Shown here in pieces: positions 18,825 through 26,805 of a stretch of DNA of 48,659 nucleotides. Made by a program: the position numbers and the translations under genes. The notes under the pieces were generated by a model. The model worked only from the letters and a program-made list of their open reading frames with translations, searched no databases and had not been told where the DNA came from. The stretch's first letter is position 1. Each line of letters starts with the position of its first letter. This stretch comes from Candidatus Pacearchaeota archaeon (lineage in GTDB: Archaea > Nanobdellota > Nanobdellia > Pacearchaeales > GW2011-AR1): NCBI GenBank assembly GCA_023142835.1, contig JAGLIS010000023.1, forward strand, positions 1 to 48,659, read 5' to 3'.

Positions 18825-19253
18825 ATGGTAAAAAAGAAGGTGGATGATGAAGATTCTAAGGGAGCTGTTGGGAAGGAGCATGTTTCTAAGAAGAGGACTT
18901 CTTCGGAAAAGCGGATGACTGCAAGGGAGCGTGAGGATCTTCTGATTGAAAATTTTGTTGGATTGCAACATGCGATGACAAATCTTTCTGTGAAGTTTGA
19001 ATCTCTTTCAGATAATATTACAAAGTTGCTTCAGGTTTTTGAAGAGGCGGCAAAGAGTTTTGTTTCTGGTGATAAGCTGGATGATAAGTCTATGTTGAAG
19101 AAGATAGATTCTTTATTGGAGCAAAATAAAACTATTGCGAAGGGTTTGATTTTAATGGAAGGAAGTTTAAGGAATCGTTCTGAAGTTGTTGAGCAAGAAT
19201 CTAGTTATTCTGAGACGTCGTATCCAAAACCTAGGCCTCTTCCGAGCCTATGA
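18825..19253 (+). CDS. Hypothetical coiled-coil protein (142 aa)
   Basis: Long ORF with a basic N-terminus. No family recognised. Confidence 0.55.
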   Translation: MVKKKVDDEDSKGAVGKEHVSKKRTSSEKRMTAREREDLLIENFVGLQHAMTNLSVKFESLSDNITKLLQVFEEAAKSFVSGDKLDDKSMLKKIDSLLEQNKTIAKGLILMEGSLRNRSEVVEQESSYSETSYPKPRPLPSL

Positions 19254-19432
19254 TAAATAAATTTTTGGTTGAAGTAGTTTTTAGATTATGCAATGACGGA
19301 GTCCTTGCTGATCAAAAATCGGGGGATTTTTGCTAATGATAAATAAATTTGAAATTGAATGGTTTTCTAGATTATGCAATGGCAAAGCCCTTGCTAATCA
19401 AAAATCTGAAATAAATTTAGGGATTTTTGCTT
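19250..19432 (+). repeat. Two tandem units (86 and 97 nt), each starting with ATGATAAATAAATTT and containing a conserved imperfect hairpin
   Basis: Units at 19250-19335 and 19336-19432; hairpins at 19284-19313 and 19370-19399. Each unit is also a mini-ORF (MINKF...RLCN..LA.QKS..). Confidence 0.8.
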
Positions 19433-20218
19433 ATGAGTTCTGAAGATTTATCCATGATTGCGTTGGAGCCGTTTATTAGTAAATTTGTTTTTGCAATAGT
19501 TCAGAATATTCGTTCACAGAATTTTTCTTATGAAGAGAAGCAGGTTATTAATGCAGATTTTGTGCCTAAGATTTCTGAAAAATCTATGCAGTCTTTTTTG
19601 AAGGATAAAAAGGTTAATTCTACGAAAGAGAGTGTGAATGAATTAGTGGCTTCGATAAGTAAGCCTATTGTTAAGGTTCTTGTTAAGAAGCAAATGCGAT
19701 TTTCATTACCACCACGTATTCAAGATTCTAGGGCGACGCAAGTATTTTCATCACAACCTGTTTTTCCACTTCAGGAGATTTTACCTCCGCAACCACAAAA
19801 AATTTTTTCTAATAGTGAGGTTCCTGTCTCTCCTCAAGTTTTTTCACCTAAGGTTGTGAGTCCTCTAGCTAGTGCTCCGAAGGTTCCTTTAAGTGTTGAG
19901 CCTAGTCAAGGTTATGGGAAGATTTCCCCTCTTTTGAATGATCCTTTGATTTCTTTGATTGAATGTCGTGGGGCGGGAAAACCTGTGATGATTATTAGGG
20001 TAGGTCAGAAGCAACTTACTCGAATAAATTTGAATCCTTTGGAGATTAATGAAATTTTGCAGAAGGTTTCGGATACAATTCATATTCCTTTGCTTGAAGG
20101 GGTTTTCCGAGCTGTTGTTGACGATTTTTCTATTAATGCGATTATCTCTGAGATGGTTGGGTCAAAGTTTGTTATTAGAAAGAATACTCCGTATTCGTTA
20201 CTTGAGAGACAGGTTTAA
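19433..20218 (+). CDS. Hypothetical Pro-rich protein; C-terminal part resembles the N-domain of GspE/FlaI-type ATPases
   Basis: LLNDPLISLIECRGAGKPVMII. No ATPase domain. The ORF track starts at TTG 19427. Confidence 0.45.
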   Translation: MSSEDLSMIALEPFISKFVFAIVQNIRSQNFSYEEKQVINADFVPKISEKSMQSFLKDKKVNSTKESVNELVASISKPIVKVLVKKQMRFSLPPRIQDSRATQVFSSQPVFPLQEILPPQPQKIFSNSEVPVSPQVFSPKVVSPLASAPKVPLSVEPSQGYGKISPLLNDPLISLIECRGAGKPVMIIRVGQKQLTRINLNPLEINEILQKVSDTIHIPLLEGVFRAVVDDFSINAIISEMVGSKFVIRKNTPYSLLERQV

Positions 20219-20242
20219 ATAACTTTTAGATTTTATTCTAGT

Positions 20243-20524
20243 ATGCAAAATGAGATTAGTAGTGAGAAGTTAGAGAAGTATTTTAATTTAACGGAGACAG
20301 CGTTTGTTGAAGTGAAGAAGAATATTTTTGAAGGGAAGGAAGTTGAGGCGAAAGAGATAATTGATATGGTTAGGAATTATATTTCGGATGCGCATCATTT
20401 TGAAGATAAAGGTGATTGGGTTAATGCTTTTGCGGCGTTAAATTATGCGCATGGTTGGTTGGATTCGGGAGTTCGGTTGAAAATTTTTGATGTTGATGAT
20501 GATAGGTTATTTACAATCTGTTAG
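20243..20524 (+). CDS. DUF357-family archaeal protein
   Basis: YISDAHHFEDKGDWVNAFAALNYAHGWLDSGVRL. Confidence 0.65.
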   Translation: MQNEISSEKLEKYFNLTETAFVEVKKNIFEGKEVEAKEIIDMVRNYISDAHHFEDKGDWVNAFAALNYAHGWLDSGVRLKIFDVDDDRLFTIC

Positions 20525-20567
20525 TCTGAGTTTTGTTGCAAGTTGTTAAAAATTAGAAATGAGAGAT

Positions 20568-21065
20568 TTATTTTTGTTCAAGAACTTCTATTTGATAATC
20601 ATTCACGCTTCCAACAGAACCTTTACGATGTAAGTCAAACTCCAATTTATTGATTCTAATTCTTGTTCCTTCATCAATTGCTAAATTTAGTGCTTCAAAT
20701 TTATGAACATAGCGTTCTTCTGTTGCATTATAGTGTCCTTCTATTTGAACTGTATAAATTATTCCCCCATCTGTTCTAAATTTAATAGCATAAGTAGGGT
20801 CACCTTCTGAACGTTCAATACCTTTTTGTCTATCTGGGATTGTGCCAGATTCTTCTAGAACGGTACCATAAATACATTCATACGCTTTATTATTATAATT
20901 AATTAAACCTTTTGCACCAAAATAAAATAAAGATAATCCAATTGCTAATGATATGCAACAACCTATACCTACAGAGGCATCATCAGATGTGGAAGATTTA
21001 TGTTCATCATGTTCTCTAGCTATATAATCTTCAATTCCTTTTGGGGAATGACGTTTAGATTTCAT
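20568..21065 (-). CDS. Membrane-anchored hypothetical protein
   Basis: One TM segment (CCISLAIGLSLFYFGA) followed by a soluble domain. Confidence 0.5.
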   Translation of the reverse strand: MKSKRHSPKGIEDYIAREHDEHKSSTSDDASVGIGCCISLAIGLSLFYFGAKGLINYNNKAYECIYGTVLEESGTIPDRQKGIERSEGDPTYAIKFRTDGGIIYTVQIEGHYNATEERYVHKFEALNLAIDEGTRIRINKLEFDLHRKGSVGSVNDYQIEVLEQK

Positions 21066-21242
21066 AACAAAAAGAATAATGGATACTTTATAAATCTTTG
21101 GTTTCTTTACTACTTAAAAGTTAATAACTTATTTTTTAACAACAAAAAATTCTCAACGAGTTCTGATTTTCTCTTTGAGGTATTATATCAAAATCCTATA
21201 TCAATTCAATAAATATATAAATCCGAATTCATCATTTAGTAT

Positions 21243-21926
21243 ATGGAAAAAGTTTGGGTGATTTCTCTTGGCGGTTCGAGGATTGTTCCCGACGAGGTTG
21301 ATGAGAAATTTCTTGTGAGATTTAAGAAACTGATTGATTCGCATACTTCTCATAAGTTTGTGGCGGTGACTGGAGGGGGTTCTACTGCTAGGAAGTATAT
21401 TTCGGCTTTGAGGAAGTTGGGAAAGACAACGAAGTCGCAATCTATGTCGGGCATTGCAATTACGAGGCTTCATGCAGGATTTATGGCTCGGTTTTTTGGG
21501 AAGAGTGCAAATGAAATTATTCCAGAAAATATGAAGAAGATTAAGAATTTGCTTAATAAAAATCAGATTGTTTTTTGTGGGGGTTTGAGGTATGAAAAGG
21601 ATAATACTTCGGATGGGACGGCTGCGAAAATTTCTGCTTATTTAAAATGTCCTTTTATTAATCTTACGAATGTTAATGGTTTGTATACTTCAAATCCTAA
21701 GAAGAGTAAGAATGCGAAATTTATTGGAAAGATAACTTGGAAGAATTTTTATGATATAGCGAGGAAGATTGAGTTTAAAGCGGGACAACATTTTGTTCTT
21801 GATCAATCTGCGGCAAAGGTTATTTTGGATAAGAAAATTCCTACTTATATTGTTGGGTCACTTGGGGCGATTGATAAGATTTTGAAAGGGAAGAAGGATT
21901 TTGGTGGGACGGTGATATCGGGATGA
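21243..21926 (+). CDS. pyrH: UMP kinase, archaeal type
   Basis: VISLGGSRI and VTGGGSTARKYI, an amino-acid-kinase fold. Confidence 0.85.
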   Translation: MEKVWVISLGGSRIVPDEVDEKFLVRFKKLIDSHTSHKFVAVTGGGSTARKYISALRKLGKTTKSQSMSGIAITRLHAGFMARFFGKSANEIIPENMKKIKNLLNKNQIVFCGGLRYEKDNTSDGTAAKISAYLKCPFINLTNVNGLYTSNPKKSKNAKFIGKITWKNFYDIARKIEFKAGQHFVLDQSAAKVILDKKIPTYIVGSLGAIDKILKGKKDFGGTVISG

Positions 21927-22483
21927 AAGATATAACTTTATTCAAAACGAAAGATTCTATTTATTTAAAGAAAGTAAAATCTAAAACGGATGTTTCTAAG
22001 GAAGAAAATTGTGATGGTTATTTGATTGAGGCTTCGGAGGATGAGGCTAGGAAGATTATTGCTTCGCTTAAGGGTAAGGGAAAAATTATTGCAGTTGTTG
22101 GAGGTGATAGTGTGTTTAATCGTAGGGCTATTGAAACTTTGAAGATAGATTATTTAGTTTCTCCAGAGAGAGGTTTGAAAAAAGATGGATTAAAGCAGAG
22201 GGATTCTGGATTGAATCATGTTGTAGCGAAGGAAGCGACCAAGAAGGGTATAGAAATTATTATTGATTTTGGTGAGGTGTCTAGGCTAGTCGGGAAGGCT
22301 AAAGCTTTGCGTTTGTCTAGGATTATTCAGAATATTGGAATTTGTAGAAAGGCGAAATGTCTGATTAAGATTGCGAGTTTTGCTAAAACAAAGAAAGATA
22401 TTATTGATGAGAGAGGTTTGAAATCTTTTGGGATTAGTCTTGGAATGTCAAGTGAGCAGAGTCGGGATGCGGTCAGGTTTTGA
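21923..22483 (+). CDS. rnp3: RNase P protein component 3 (Rpp30-like)
   Basis: DYLVSPE...GLNHVVAKEATKKGIEIIIDFGEV. Confidence 0.6.
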   Translation: MKDITLFKTKDSIYLKKVKSKTDVSKEENCDGYLIEASEDEARKIIASLKGKGKIIAVVGGDSVFNRRAIETLKIDYLVSPERGLKKDGLKQRDSGLNHVVAKEATKKGIEIIIDFGEVSRLVGKAKALRLSRIIQNIGICRKAKCLIKIASFAKTKKDIIDERGLKSFGISLGMSSEQSRDAVRF

Positions 22484-22521
22484 TTTACTAAACCTTAAAA
22501 AGATAAAATCTATGAGATTAT

Positions 22522-24045
22522 ATGGATGAAAAATTGATTGTAGAGTTTTTGTCTCCTATTGAAAGAGCTACGCTTCCTAAGTTGGGTCTGGATTTTTCTG
22601 ATTTGGAAGATGTTGCGAAGAAAACTTCTCAGGATAAAACTACTGTGCTTCGGGCAATTGGATTTTTGAAGAATAAGGGTTTGATTGAGAGTGAGAGTTC
22701 TGAAGAAGAGGTTGTTAGTTTAGGAATTTTAGGAATTTATTATTTGAAGAAAGAGTTGCCAGAGAGAGTGCTTTTGAATAAGCTTTCTGAGAAGGGAGGG
22801 ATTTTGATTAGTGAGATTCGGAATGTTTGTGGGTTGAATGAGAATGAAGCGAAGATTGCGTTTGGAACATTGAAGAAAAAGGCACTTGTAGAAATTGAGA
22901 AAGGGAAGTTGAATCTTGTTGCGAAATCTAGTGAGGTTACTAAGAAGATGCTGGAGGAATTATTTCTTGAGAAGCTTCCTCTTAATGTTGATTTGATTGA
23001 GGCACAGGATAAATTGGCCTTGCAGAATTTGAAGTCTAGGAAGGATATTATTAAGGTTGAGATTCAGAAGAAAATTAGCGTTAAGTTGACTGAATTGGGT
23101 AAGAAGATTTCATCGAGGGATTTGGATAAGAATTTAATTGAGCAGTTGACTCCTAAGATGATAAAGCAAAATACTTGGAAGGGGAAGAAGTTTCGGAGGT
23201 ATGATTTGTCCTTACCTGTTCCGAGGGTTTATGGGGGAAAAAGATATTTTGTTAATCAAGCGATTGATTATGCTAAGTCGATTTGGTTGGAAATGGGTTT
23301 TAAGGAAATGACTGGGAGTAAGATTGAGACAGGTTTTTGGATTTTCGATGCATTGTTTACTGCACAAGATCATCCAGTTAGAGAAATGCAAGATACGTTT
23401 TATTTGAAAGGTATGGAGGGGAAATTGCCTGATGACAAGAAATTAATTGAGAGTGTGAAGAAAGCACACGAAGGAGGGATTGATGGGAGTAAGGGTTGGC
23501 AATATAAATGGGATGAAGAAAATGCGAAAAAGGTTTTGATGAGAACACATACTACTTCGTTGTCGGCTAGAAAGCTTAGAGAGATTAGAGATACGAAAGA
23601 GTTTCCTGCGAAGTATTTTGCTATTGGAAAATGTTTTAGAAACGAGACTGTTGATTGGTCGCACGGGTTTGAGTTTAATCAAACTGAGGGGATTGTCGTC
23701 GATGAGAATGCGAATTTTAGACAACTACTCGGTTATTTGATTCAATTTTATAAGAAAATGGGTTATGAGAAAATTAGGATAAGACCGGCGTATTTTGCAT
23801 ATACCGAGCCTTCATTAGAAGTCGATGTTTTTCATCCTGTGCATAAGAAATGGGTTGAGCTTGGAGGTGCAGGAATGTTTAGACCAGAAGTAACTATTCC
23901 TATGTTCGGAAAACATATTCCTGTTTTGGCATGGGGGCAGGGATTTGATAGGATTATTACGGAGTTCTTTGAGATTAATGATTTACGAGAAGTTTACAAG
24001 AATGATATAAATAAATTGAGGGAGATGAAGTTTTGGAGAAAATGA
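22522..24045 (+). CDS. pheS: Phenylalanyl-tRNA synthetase alpha subunit (archaeal/eukaryal type)
   Basis: HPVREMQDTFYL, RTHTTSLSAR, FRNETVDWSHGFEFNQTEG, GAGMFRPEV. Confidence 0.95.
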   Translation: MDEKLIVEFLSPIERATLPKLGLDFSDLEDVAKKTSQDKTTVLRAIGFLKNKGLIESESSEEEVVSLGILGIYYLKKELPERVLLNKLSEKGGILISEIRNVCGLNENEAKIAFGTLKKKALVEIEKGKLNLVAKSSEVTKKMLEELFLEKLPLNVDLIEAQDKLALQNLKSRKDIIKVEIQKKISVKLTELGKKISSRDLDKNLIEQLTPKMIKQNTWKGKKFRRYDLSLPVPRVYGGKRYFVNQAIDYAKSIWLEMGFKEMTGSKIETGFWIFDALFTAQDHPVREMQDTFYLKGMEGKLPDDKKLIESVKKAHEGGIDGSKGWQYKWDEENAKKVLMRTHTTSLSARKLREIRDTKEFPAKYFAIGKCFRNETVDWSHGFEFNQTEGIVVDENANFRQLLGYLIQFYKKMGYEKIRIRPAYFAYTEPSLEVDVFHPVHKKWVELGGAGMFRPEVTIPMFGKHIPVLAWGQGFDRIITEFFEINDLREVYKNDINKLREMKFWRK

Positions 24046-24440
24046 ATAAGAAAAAGAAGGATATAATTAAGAAAGTTAGGCTTAGAAGTTTATCTAAGAA
24101 GAATTTGAGATGTGAATTTGTTTTTGGAAAAAGTTTGGAGGTTGTTGATGTGATTGATAAGATTTTAAGTAGATTGGGAGATTTAGAAGAGCTTGATTTA
24201 GCTAATGGGGAATCACGAAAGGTAAAAATTAATGAATGGGTTGATGTAGTTTGTAATATTAAAAATGATGATTATTCTGTTGATGTTTTTTTTGGGAAGA
24301 GCAAGATTGTTTTAGTGATTAACAGTCGAAGGGATAAGCAGAGGGAGATTTCAGAGGCTGTGTTTGAGTTTGTAGAGCTTGAAGATATAACTTCTAAAAA
24401 TTTAAGTAAATTAAACTGGATGAAGTTTTGGAGGAAGTGA
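24042..24440 (+). CDS. Hypothetical protein orfA; C-terminal 13 aa copied from the PheS tail
   Basis: ATG overlaps the pheS TGA. Ends NLSKLNWMKFWRK* (PheS ends DINKLREMKFWRK*). Paralogue of orfB. Confidence 0.6.
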   Translation: MNKKKKDIIKKVRLRSLSKKNLRCEFVFGKSLEVVDVIDKILSRLGDLEELDLANGESRKVKINEWVDVVCNIKNDDYSVDVFFGKSKIVLVINSRRDKQREISEAVFEFVELEDITSKNLSKLNWMKFWRK

Positions 24441-24790
24441 TGGTTAAGTTAAGAAGTACAGACAAGGGAAAATTTAGATGTGAATTTAATTTTGAGAAGA
24501 GTGATGAAGTCATTGACGCTATTACTTCTATAGTGGGAAGGTTGGGAATGAATGAATCTCCAGAGAATAATTTGAGGGATTTGATTTACGACGAAAGAAG
24601 TTCTGGTTTAGGATTTAAGATTGAAGAAGCTGTTGATGAAATATATGGGATGAATAATAAAGATTATTTTGTAAATATTTTTCTTGGAAATGAAAAAATT
24701 ATTTTAGTTGTTAATAGTTTTACTGATAAACAAAAGGAAATTTCTGAAGCGGTGTTTGAGTTTGCGGATTTTGAGGAGGTGAGAAAATGA
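24440..24790 (+). CDS. Hypothetical protein orfB, tandem paralogue of orfA
   Basis: RCEFNFEKSDEVIDAI..DKQKEISEAVFEF matches RCEFVFGKSLEVVDVI..DKQREISEAVFEF. TGATG overlap with orfA. Confidence 0.6.
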   Translation: MVKLRSTDKGKFRCEFNFEKSDEVIDAITSIVGRLGMNESPENNLRDLIYDERSSGLGFKIEEAVDEIYGMNNKDYFVNIFLGNEKIILVVNSFTDKQKEISEAVFEFADFEEVRK

Positions 24791-25161
24791 CAATACTAAA
24801 TAACGGAATAAAAAATATGATTGAAAATAATGCCTTGGGATTTGCGAGTATAGACAAATCTGGAAAGCCTCACAATATTGCAGTTGGTTTTGTAAAAGTT
24901 GTATCTAATAATGAACTAGTTATCTCAGATAATTATCTTAATGAGACTGTTGAAAATATAAAAATAAATCCAAGCGTTTCACTTGTCGTATGGAGTAGGG
25001 ATTGGGAAGAAAACTGTGCAGGGTATGAGTTAAAAGGGACTGTGGAATATTTTACGGAAGGAAACTGGATTGATTTTATCAAGAAAATTCCAGTAAATAG
25101 GAATGAGCCTTGTAAGGGAGCGATATTAGTTAAACTAAATAAGATTAAAATTTTATCTTGA
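24787..25161 (+). CDS. Pyridoxamine 5'-phosphate oxidase-like FMN-binding (split-barrel) protein
   Basis: FASIDKSGKPHNIAVGF...NIKINPSVSLVVW. First 13 nt identical to the pheT start. Confidence 0.7.
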   Translation: MTILNNGIKNMIENNALGFASIDKSGKPHNIAVGFVKVVSNNELVISDNYLNETVENIKINPSVSLVVWSRDWEENCAGYELKGTVEYFTEGNWIDFIKKIPVNRNEPCKGAILVKLNKIKILS

Positions 25162-25162
25162 A

Positions 25163-25216
25163 ATGACAATATTAATATTAAATAAATCAGGGGATATGAG
25201 GTTTTGGAGGAAATGA
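25163..25216 (+). other. Mini-ORF MTILILNKSGDMRFWRK: pheT head fused in frame to pheS tail
   Basis: 25163-25190 resembles the pheT 5' end and 25184-25216 the pheS 3' end. Its TGA overlaps the next ATG. Confidence 0.6.
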
Positions 25217-25782
25217 AAAAATTAATTTTAATCCATGGATGGGGAGGAAGCCCAATTAGTGAATCTTGGTTTGACTTATTGAGAAAAGAATGTGAAGATA
25301 AGAACATTGATTTCATTGCACCAGAGATGCCAAACACAGATAGTCCAAGAGTTGATGAATGGATTTCAAAACTTAGGGAGGTTGCGATAAATTTAGATGA
25401 GGAGACTTATTTTGTGGGTCATAGTATGGGTTGTCAAACTATAATAAGATATTTATCTGAGATTGACAGTGAGATAAAAGTTGGAAGAATAGTTTTTGTT
25501 GCACCATGGACAAAATTAAACGAGAAGTCGATTGAAGAAGAAGGGGAAGAAAGCGAAAAAATCGTTAAATCTTGGGAAGAAGTTCCAATAGATTTTGGGA
25601 AAGCGAAGAGTCATTTAATGAGAGTTTTAGCGATTTTCTCTGATAATGATCCATATGTTCTCTTATCTGAAACGAAAGTTTTCGGAGATAAGTTGGGAGC
25701 AGAGATAATTATTAAACATGATGAGGGGCATTTTAATGAAACAAAAGAGATAAATGAGATAATGGAGTTTATTGAAAGATGA
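25213..25782 (+). CDS. Serine hydrolase of the RBBP9/YdeN alpha/beta family
   Basis: ILIHGWGGSP, GHSMGC nucleophile elbow, DNDPYV, HDEGHF. Confidence 0.8.
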   Translation: MKKLILIHGWGGSPISESWFDLLRKECEDKNIDFIAPEMPNTDSPRVDEWISKLREVAINLDEETYFVGHSMGCQTIIRYLSEIDSEIKVGRIVFVAPWTKLNEKSIEEEGEESEKIVKSWEEVPIDFGKAKSHLMRVLAIFSDNDPYVLLSETKVFGDKLGAEIIIKHDEGHFNETKEINEIMEFIER

Positions 25783-26441
25783 CGATATTAACTGTTAATA
25801 AAAAAGAATTGAGGAAGCCGATGATTGCTGTTTCGATGTCAGGAGTTTTGATTAGTTCTAAGTTTTGGAAGGAGGCTCATGATTTTGGAATGAAGGAACT
25901 TTCGAAGAAAGTAGGTGATTCATCGATATTAAAGGCAAGGGATTCTCCAGACTATTTTAAGAAAGTTGAGGAAGCGTTGGAGAAAATTTATCCGGACTTG
26001 ACATTAGTAGAAAGGATAAAGAAGCGAAGAGAAATTTATTTCGAGAGGGTTGTTAATTCAATTAAGAGGAATTTGGATATTCGAGAAGATGTGACTGATT
26101 GTCTTTGGGGTTTGAAGGAGAATTATCGGTTAGCTTTGGTGACGACGAATAACGAGAAGACGACTTATGAGATTCTTAGGTTTTTGACAGCCAGAGATTT
26201 TTTTGATGTTGTTGAGTTTTCTAAGGATGAGGAGAAGGACGATAAGATTGAGGTAATGAAAAGATTGATTGAGAAAAATGGGAAACCAATCTTGTTCATT
26301 GAGAAGTCAGAGAAGTTGAAGGATTTTTGTGAAGAAGGGAAAATTGCTTATATTAATTTTAATGTTGATTTGGAAGGTGCCATAGATTTGAAAAGTAAAA
26401 TTGAAGAGAAATTAAACCTTGGAGGAAGTGATGGGAATTAG
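25779..26441 (+). CDS. HAD-like protein with degenerate catalytic motif; N-terminus copied from PheT
   Basis: MTILTVNKKEL versus PheT MTILTLDKKEL. SMSGVL sits where DxDGT is expected. LVTTNN. Confidence 0.6.
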   Translation: MTILTVNKKELRKPMIAVSMSGVLISSKFWKEAHDFGMKELSKKVGDSSILKARDSPDYFKKVEEALEKIYPDLTLVERIKKRREIYFERVVNSIKRNLDIREDVTDCLWGLKENYRLALVTTNNEKTTYEILRFLTARDFFDVVEFSKDEEKDDKIEVMKRLIEKNGKPILFIEKSEKLKDFCEEGKIAYINFNVDLEGAIDLKSKIEEKLNLGGSDGN

Positions 26442-26805
26442 AGAATTACAGAATAAGATAAAGGAATTTGATGTTGCTAGAGGTTGGGAGAATCATTGGA
26501 ATATCAAAGATTTGCTCTTGAACATAACTGAAGAGGGTGGTGAACTTTGGAGTTTGATTAAATGGATTGATGAGGATAAGCAAAAGGAAATTGTTGTTTC
26601 TAATAAAGCTGAGGTTTCTGATTATATTGGAGATACTTTGTTTTTGATCTTGAAACTTGCGAATCAAATGGATGTTGATGCTACTGATGCTTTGAATAGA
26701 ACTTTAAATGATTATGAAAAGAGAATGATACCTGAAGTTATGAAGGAGGTTGGACATGCCAATCCCTTGGCAGGTGGGGTTGATAATAAGGAGGCGTTGG
26801 AATGA
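26431..26805 (+). CDS. MazG-like nucleotide pyrophosphohydrolase
   Basis: RELQNKIKEFDVARGW, TEEGGELW, IGDTLFLILKLAN. Confidence 0.75.
   Translation: MGIRELQNKIKEFDVARGWENHWNIKDLLLNITEEGGELWSLIKWIDEDKQKEIVVSNKAEVSDYIGDTLFLILKLANQMDVDATDALNRTLNDYEKRMIPEVMKEVGHANPLAGGVDNKEALE

Noticed and set aside
19250-19432. C/D-box sRNA interpretation of the tandem units (ATGATAA near the 5' end, CTGA near the 3' end).
   Set aside because: The C box is imperfect. The D box is missing at the equivalent position of unit 1. No C'/D' pair or terminal stem was found.
21201-21473. 90-aa minus-strand ORF overlapping the pyrH start.
   Set aside because: It is antisense to a conserved UMP kinase N-terminus, and its Arg/Ser/Asn-rich translation is typical of a shadow frame.
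24025-24045. Idea that the repeated TTGGAGGAA(A/G)TGA is only a conserved Shine-Dalgarno (GGAGG) in front of each ATG.
   Set aside because: SD conservation explains only the GGAGG core. The similarity extends ~20 nt further upstream (ATGA(A/G)GTTTT, AAATT.A..). The ATGACAATA(C/T)TAA head copies lie downstream of the start codon, where no SD constraint applies.
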